From positions 29,822,001 to 29,886,000 of the forward strand of contig OZ241834.1 in NCBI GenBank assembly GCA_965202585.1: 64,000 nucleotides of DNA. Reading direction: 5' to 3'. The DNA comes from Thalia democratica (taxonomy: Eukaryota). The translations under genes were made by a program, and so were the position numbers. Of the stretch, positions 63,610-64,000 are shown piece after piece; the stretch's first letter is position 1, and the number at the start of each line of letters is the position of its first letter. The notes beneath the pieces are model-generated. The model saw nothing but the letters and a program-made list of their open reading frames with translations, had not been told where the DNA came from and searched no databases.

Positions 63610-64000
63610 TTTTAACAATTTATTTGTAAGCTTTTGTTCGAATCCAATAATGAACACACTTTGAATGAATACTTGAATCTAGAATGGATACAAAATATTT
63701 TTTTGCCAGTTAACCATAAAATTATTTTTAACTTAACTTTTTATGTTTTAACTTTTACGTGTTGCTGTGCAATTTAAAAATAAATAATCAAATAATCAAA
63801 TTTATTAGATACATGTTTTTGGTTGTTGCTTTTTTAGTAATACTTTCCTCTTGAGAACTAACGTCAAATCTTAGTACTAGTATTATTTGATCATTTAACG
63901 TTAGTTTTTACTTAACTATAAAACGTTTTTTATGTCTCGTTAAAATGAAAATGTGCTTTAAAAATTTTATACTGGCAAAAACTAAAGCTGCAAAATAAAA

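Overview
AT-rich animal genomic DNA with GT-AG introns and GC-richer exons; no prokaryotic features. Taxon is not determinable (a tunicate/marine invertebrate is only a guess). All gene models were built by hand from splice sites and frame continuity. Contents: (1) 1-7700, a repeat and relic zone with a ~700-bp foldback element. (2) A complete 16-exon SLC6 amino-acid transporter on the minus strand (7813-18386, 616 aa, SLC6A7/PROT-like). (3) A complete 5-exon ankyrin-repeat/SOCS-box gene on the minus strand (20378-30471, 313 aa, ASB1/ASB12-like). (4) The main structure: a ~19-kb interrupted palindrome (arms ~35030-43126 and ~45610-53730). Each arm carries a three-gene cassette of related Q/P/N-rich genes ending in a LITAF-domain gene. 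The copies have decayed in a largely complementary way, and the inner ends of both arms lie in a non-autonomous hAT-like element. (5) A ~10-exon orphan gene for an acidic, probably disordered protein (58038-63609).
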